Position numbers and translations under genes: made by a program
The notes under the pieces: generated by a model
The model's input: only the letters and a program-made list of their open reading frames with translations
The model's database searches: none
Told to the model about the DNA's origin: nothing
Source: Rhizodiscina lignyota
Lineage: Eukaryota
NCBI GenBank assembly: GCA_010015805.1
Contig: ML978122.1
Location: 2,638,453-2,702,452, forward strand
Direction of reading: 5' to 3'
Length of the DNA stretch: 64,000 nt
Shown: positions 61,340 to 64,000 of the stretch, one piece after another
How the letters are laid out: each line of letters begins with the position of its first letter
Position numbering within the stretch: the stretch's first letter is position 1

Positions 61340-64000
61340 CGCGCGCCGGAGGTCGCACGGCGTGTCGTCAGGGCTCCGATGCTAGTTGGATTATGCGAAG
61401 GCCGGTCGGGCCATGCGCGCCGGCGGGAGGAACAGGCATGGAGTTGGAGCAATGAAAGGAAAAGGAGAAATTGTCGAGCTAGTGAGGCTCTACGAGCTGC
61501 TTTGTATCCTGGGCCTGGAAAGTAGAGGTCGGAGGCGGAGGCGCGCGCGCGGGCAGGGCTAGGCTGGACGAGGCAGAGCTCAGGCGCTGCAGCGGGACTA
61601 GCGGAGAATATGGGTGTGCGAAGATTGGCGTTTTATGCTGCTAGGCTCTCGGGAGCGGTCGCTAATTAAATCGACGAAACGCCACTGCTTCATGCGTTCG
61701 CCGGCGCGGTGCAGGGCAGAGGAGGCAGGCAAGGTTCGCGAGCTGACTGCGACGCAGCGAAGGTGAAAAAAGGACGGAGAAGCAGGGGGGATGTGACTGC
61801 TAAAGAAAGAGTCGGGAGGCCGTCCAGAAGGAGTGAGAGAGGGTGTCTGCGTTCAAGGTGGTCAGGATTGAAATGCAAGGAGCTGCTGGCGCGCTGGGGA
61901 GCGCATGAGGCCCGCCGTGAGGTCGGCCTGGTGGCGGCGCTAGGCCCCCTTCCAGCCAAGCACAGAGTCCCGAGCCAGCGAGACGTCGAGCCCGAGCTGT
62001 CAGAGGCTGGTTGGCTGGCTGGCTCGGGATGCGCGCTGCACTGGCTGCTTCTGCCAGAATTCCGCGCCGCGAATGACGGCGGCATTGCTGCTCGTCGGTG
62101 GCGGCGTGGGAGAGTGGGAGAGCGCGGTGTCTCTGAAGATCATGGCCTGTGCAAGGGCGACGCCGCAGGTACCGAACGTGACAAGACGCAAATCGTCAGG
62201 GCTAATGCAAGCGAGCCAGACGAGAGTCACAAGATTGGAGCTGGATTCGGAGCATTTACGACGACGACGCTGCTCTTGCACTTCGTCCAGCGCAAGAGAG
62301 TGGTCACCGCCAGAGGCTGCCTGCTGCAGCTTCGTCAGGAGAGGGCAGAGGCGGCAGCGTCATGTACGAAGTAAGTCGGCTTGTATGGCCGCCACCACGT
62401 TGCTCATTCTCGTTCGTCAATCTGCTCGAGCCTCAATTCATCCCTTCGCGCGCCCTATCACGCGCGCGACACGTTCGAAAGGCCGTTCCCGTCTCGTCTC
62501 TCCCGCGCAACATCCAGCAGATCACGCGCAGGCCAACCTCTCAGCTCTGCGCATCTTCAAAAGCACTTTGAGACCCCAAGATTGAGCGGTTCATGCGCCC
62601 GGCCAATGGCGAGGTGCGCTCGCTTGAGCATTCCTTCGCCGCACCCTACTTGTCGTCCGACTCGCCATCTCGACTGTCAATTTCTCTGATCAATGCATCA
62701 TTTTCCATCCAGCATCGTCAGGCGCGCTGCAGAGCCTTCGGCTTGCCCTGCCTCTGCTCCTCCAAGCAGCCATCCGTATCTTCCGAGCCGTGTCTGCATG
62801 CTCTCCGAGTCCTTAGTGAGCTCAGCCTGGGGAAGAGGGGACTTCCCTCCAAAGTGCTGACTCGCGATGGATCTTCTCTCTGAAACCCACTCCGCACGTG
62901 TCTAATCGTCTAATCGGCGTCCCGACACGCGTGAGACCCTTTTTCTGCCCTCACTGCCGTGGAGTCAGCGCGGAAAAAGAAGCTCGACAGGTCAGTGCAA
63001 TCGCTGCCCGTCACCAAGTGGCAGCGAAAGCCCGGTCGGAACCTCAGACGGGCACGCGCCGCGACCAGGGCGCAATTTCTACGCATGCCACTCATGTCCG
63101 ACCCATGCGTGAAAATAGCTCTCTTGCTTGAACCCGGGCAGACAGAGGGCCTCTTAGGCAGCGATCTAGGCCCGGTTCGTATTTTTCCTATATTGCTATG
63201 CATATTATTCCCGGCATGCGTAGCCCGAGTCTGCCAGCCGCGTGCCGCCCGCCTCTGCAACGGGTCTCTTCGATCCCTTGTGGCCTCGCAGAGTTCCCTC
63301 GGGACAGCTCATTCTCTATTGCAGCTGCACAGTCAGGCGGATACATGAGCGTATGCATATCACTGCGCAGTCTGCCGTCCCTCTTGAAATTAAAACTTGC
63401 TCTGTTCCCCGTCTGCCCCACAAGGGTCTTCATCAAACCTCGCTCTCGGCTGTCCCGATTCCCTCTGGGTCGAACTCCCTTGCACAGCATCGAGATCATG
63501 CCGAAATCTAGATCTTCGATTTCTTCGAATCGACTTTGACACTATTGCCGGATTGGGCAGGAGATATCTAGTGAATTGTTGAGGCGGCCGCGCTTCACCG
63601 TGGCCTAAGGGCCGCATTTTGAATTCTCCAGTCTTCACTGCAGTAGAAGGCACTACGTAAGCAGGCATGAATTGGAATCGCGTGCTTATCAAACTAGAAC
63701 AAGTCTGACAAGCCTTATCTCAACCTCGAGCCATTGATCATCGACTGTACACAGTAGAGCAAAAGTCAACATCCGGCACTGAAGAACATTTCCTGTACAT
63801 TTCTTCTATGTTCCGCGCGCCTATTCTAGCCGCGAGGCAATATGGCAGTCCTTTTCTATTCCTGCCTATATGTAACAGCCGCGCCAGTGAGGGAGATATC
63901 CCATCTTCCATCCGGACGCCATGCTAACCGAGTGCCATGAATGAAAACCCAAAAGGACATTTTCAAGGTTTGATCCACTCCATCTTGCATTTCTTATGCT

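Noticed and set aside
61340..64000. Many short to medium ORFs in GC-rich sequence
   Set aside because: No domain or consistent exon structure; more likely promoter or 5' UTR. No ncRNA family recognised.

Overview
Eukaryotic, intron-containing DNA from a filamentous ascomycete (Pezizomycotina; a Dothideomycete is my guess from gene content and GT-AG introns with CTRAY branch sites). About 24 protein-coding genes are supported. I found no rRNA, tRNA, CRISPR array or transposase. Core genes (YVC1-like channel at the left edge, KEI1, POL32/cdc27, TBCD, NUF2, thioredoxin, a 1037-aa low-complexity protein) flank two accessory-looking blocks. The first block (~2.2-29.7 kb) holds two SDRs, a stop-interrupted membrane protein, a CE15 glucuronoyl esterase, a HET protein, a Zn2Cys6/ABCB/esterase trio, a sugar transporter, two secreted-type unknowns and an enoyl-reductase-like gene. 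The second block (~31.5-43.7 kb) holds a head-to-head SNF2 ATPase/NACHT pair, a GH45-C glucanase and a putative glycosyltransferase. The most intriguing element is the divergent SNF2 + NACHT pair. The NACHT protein ends not in sensor repeats but in two C2H2 fingers and an acidic NFDFDSFLH tail resembling the Som1/SomA C-terminus. Exon boundaries were read by eye and family calls rest on motif recognition, not database searches.
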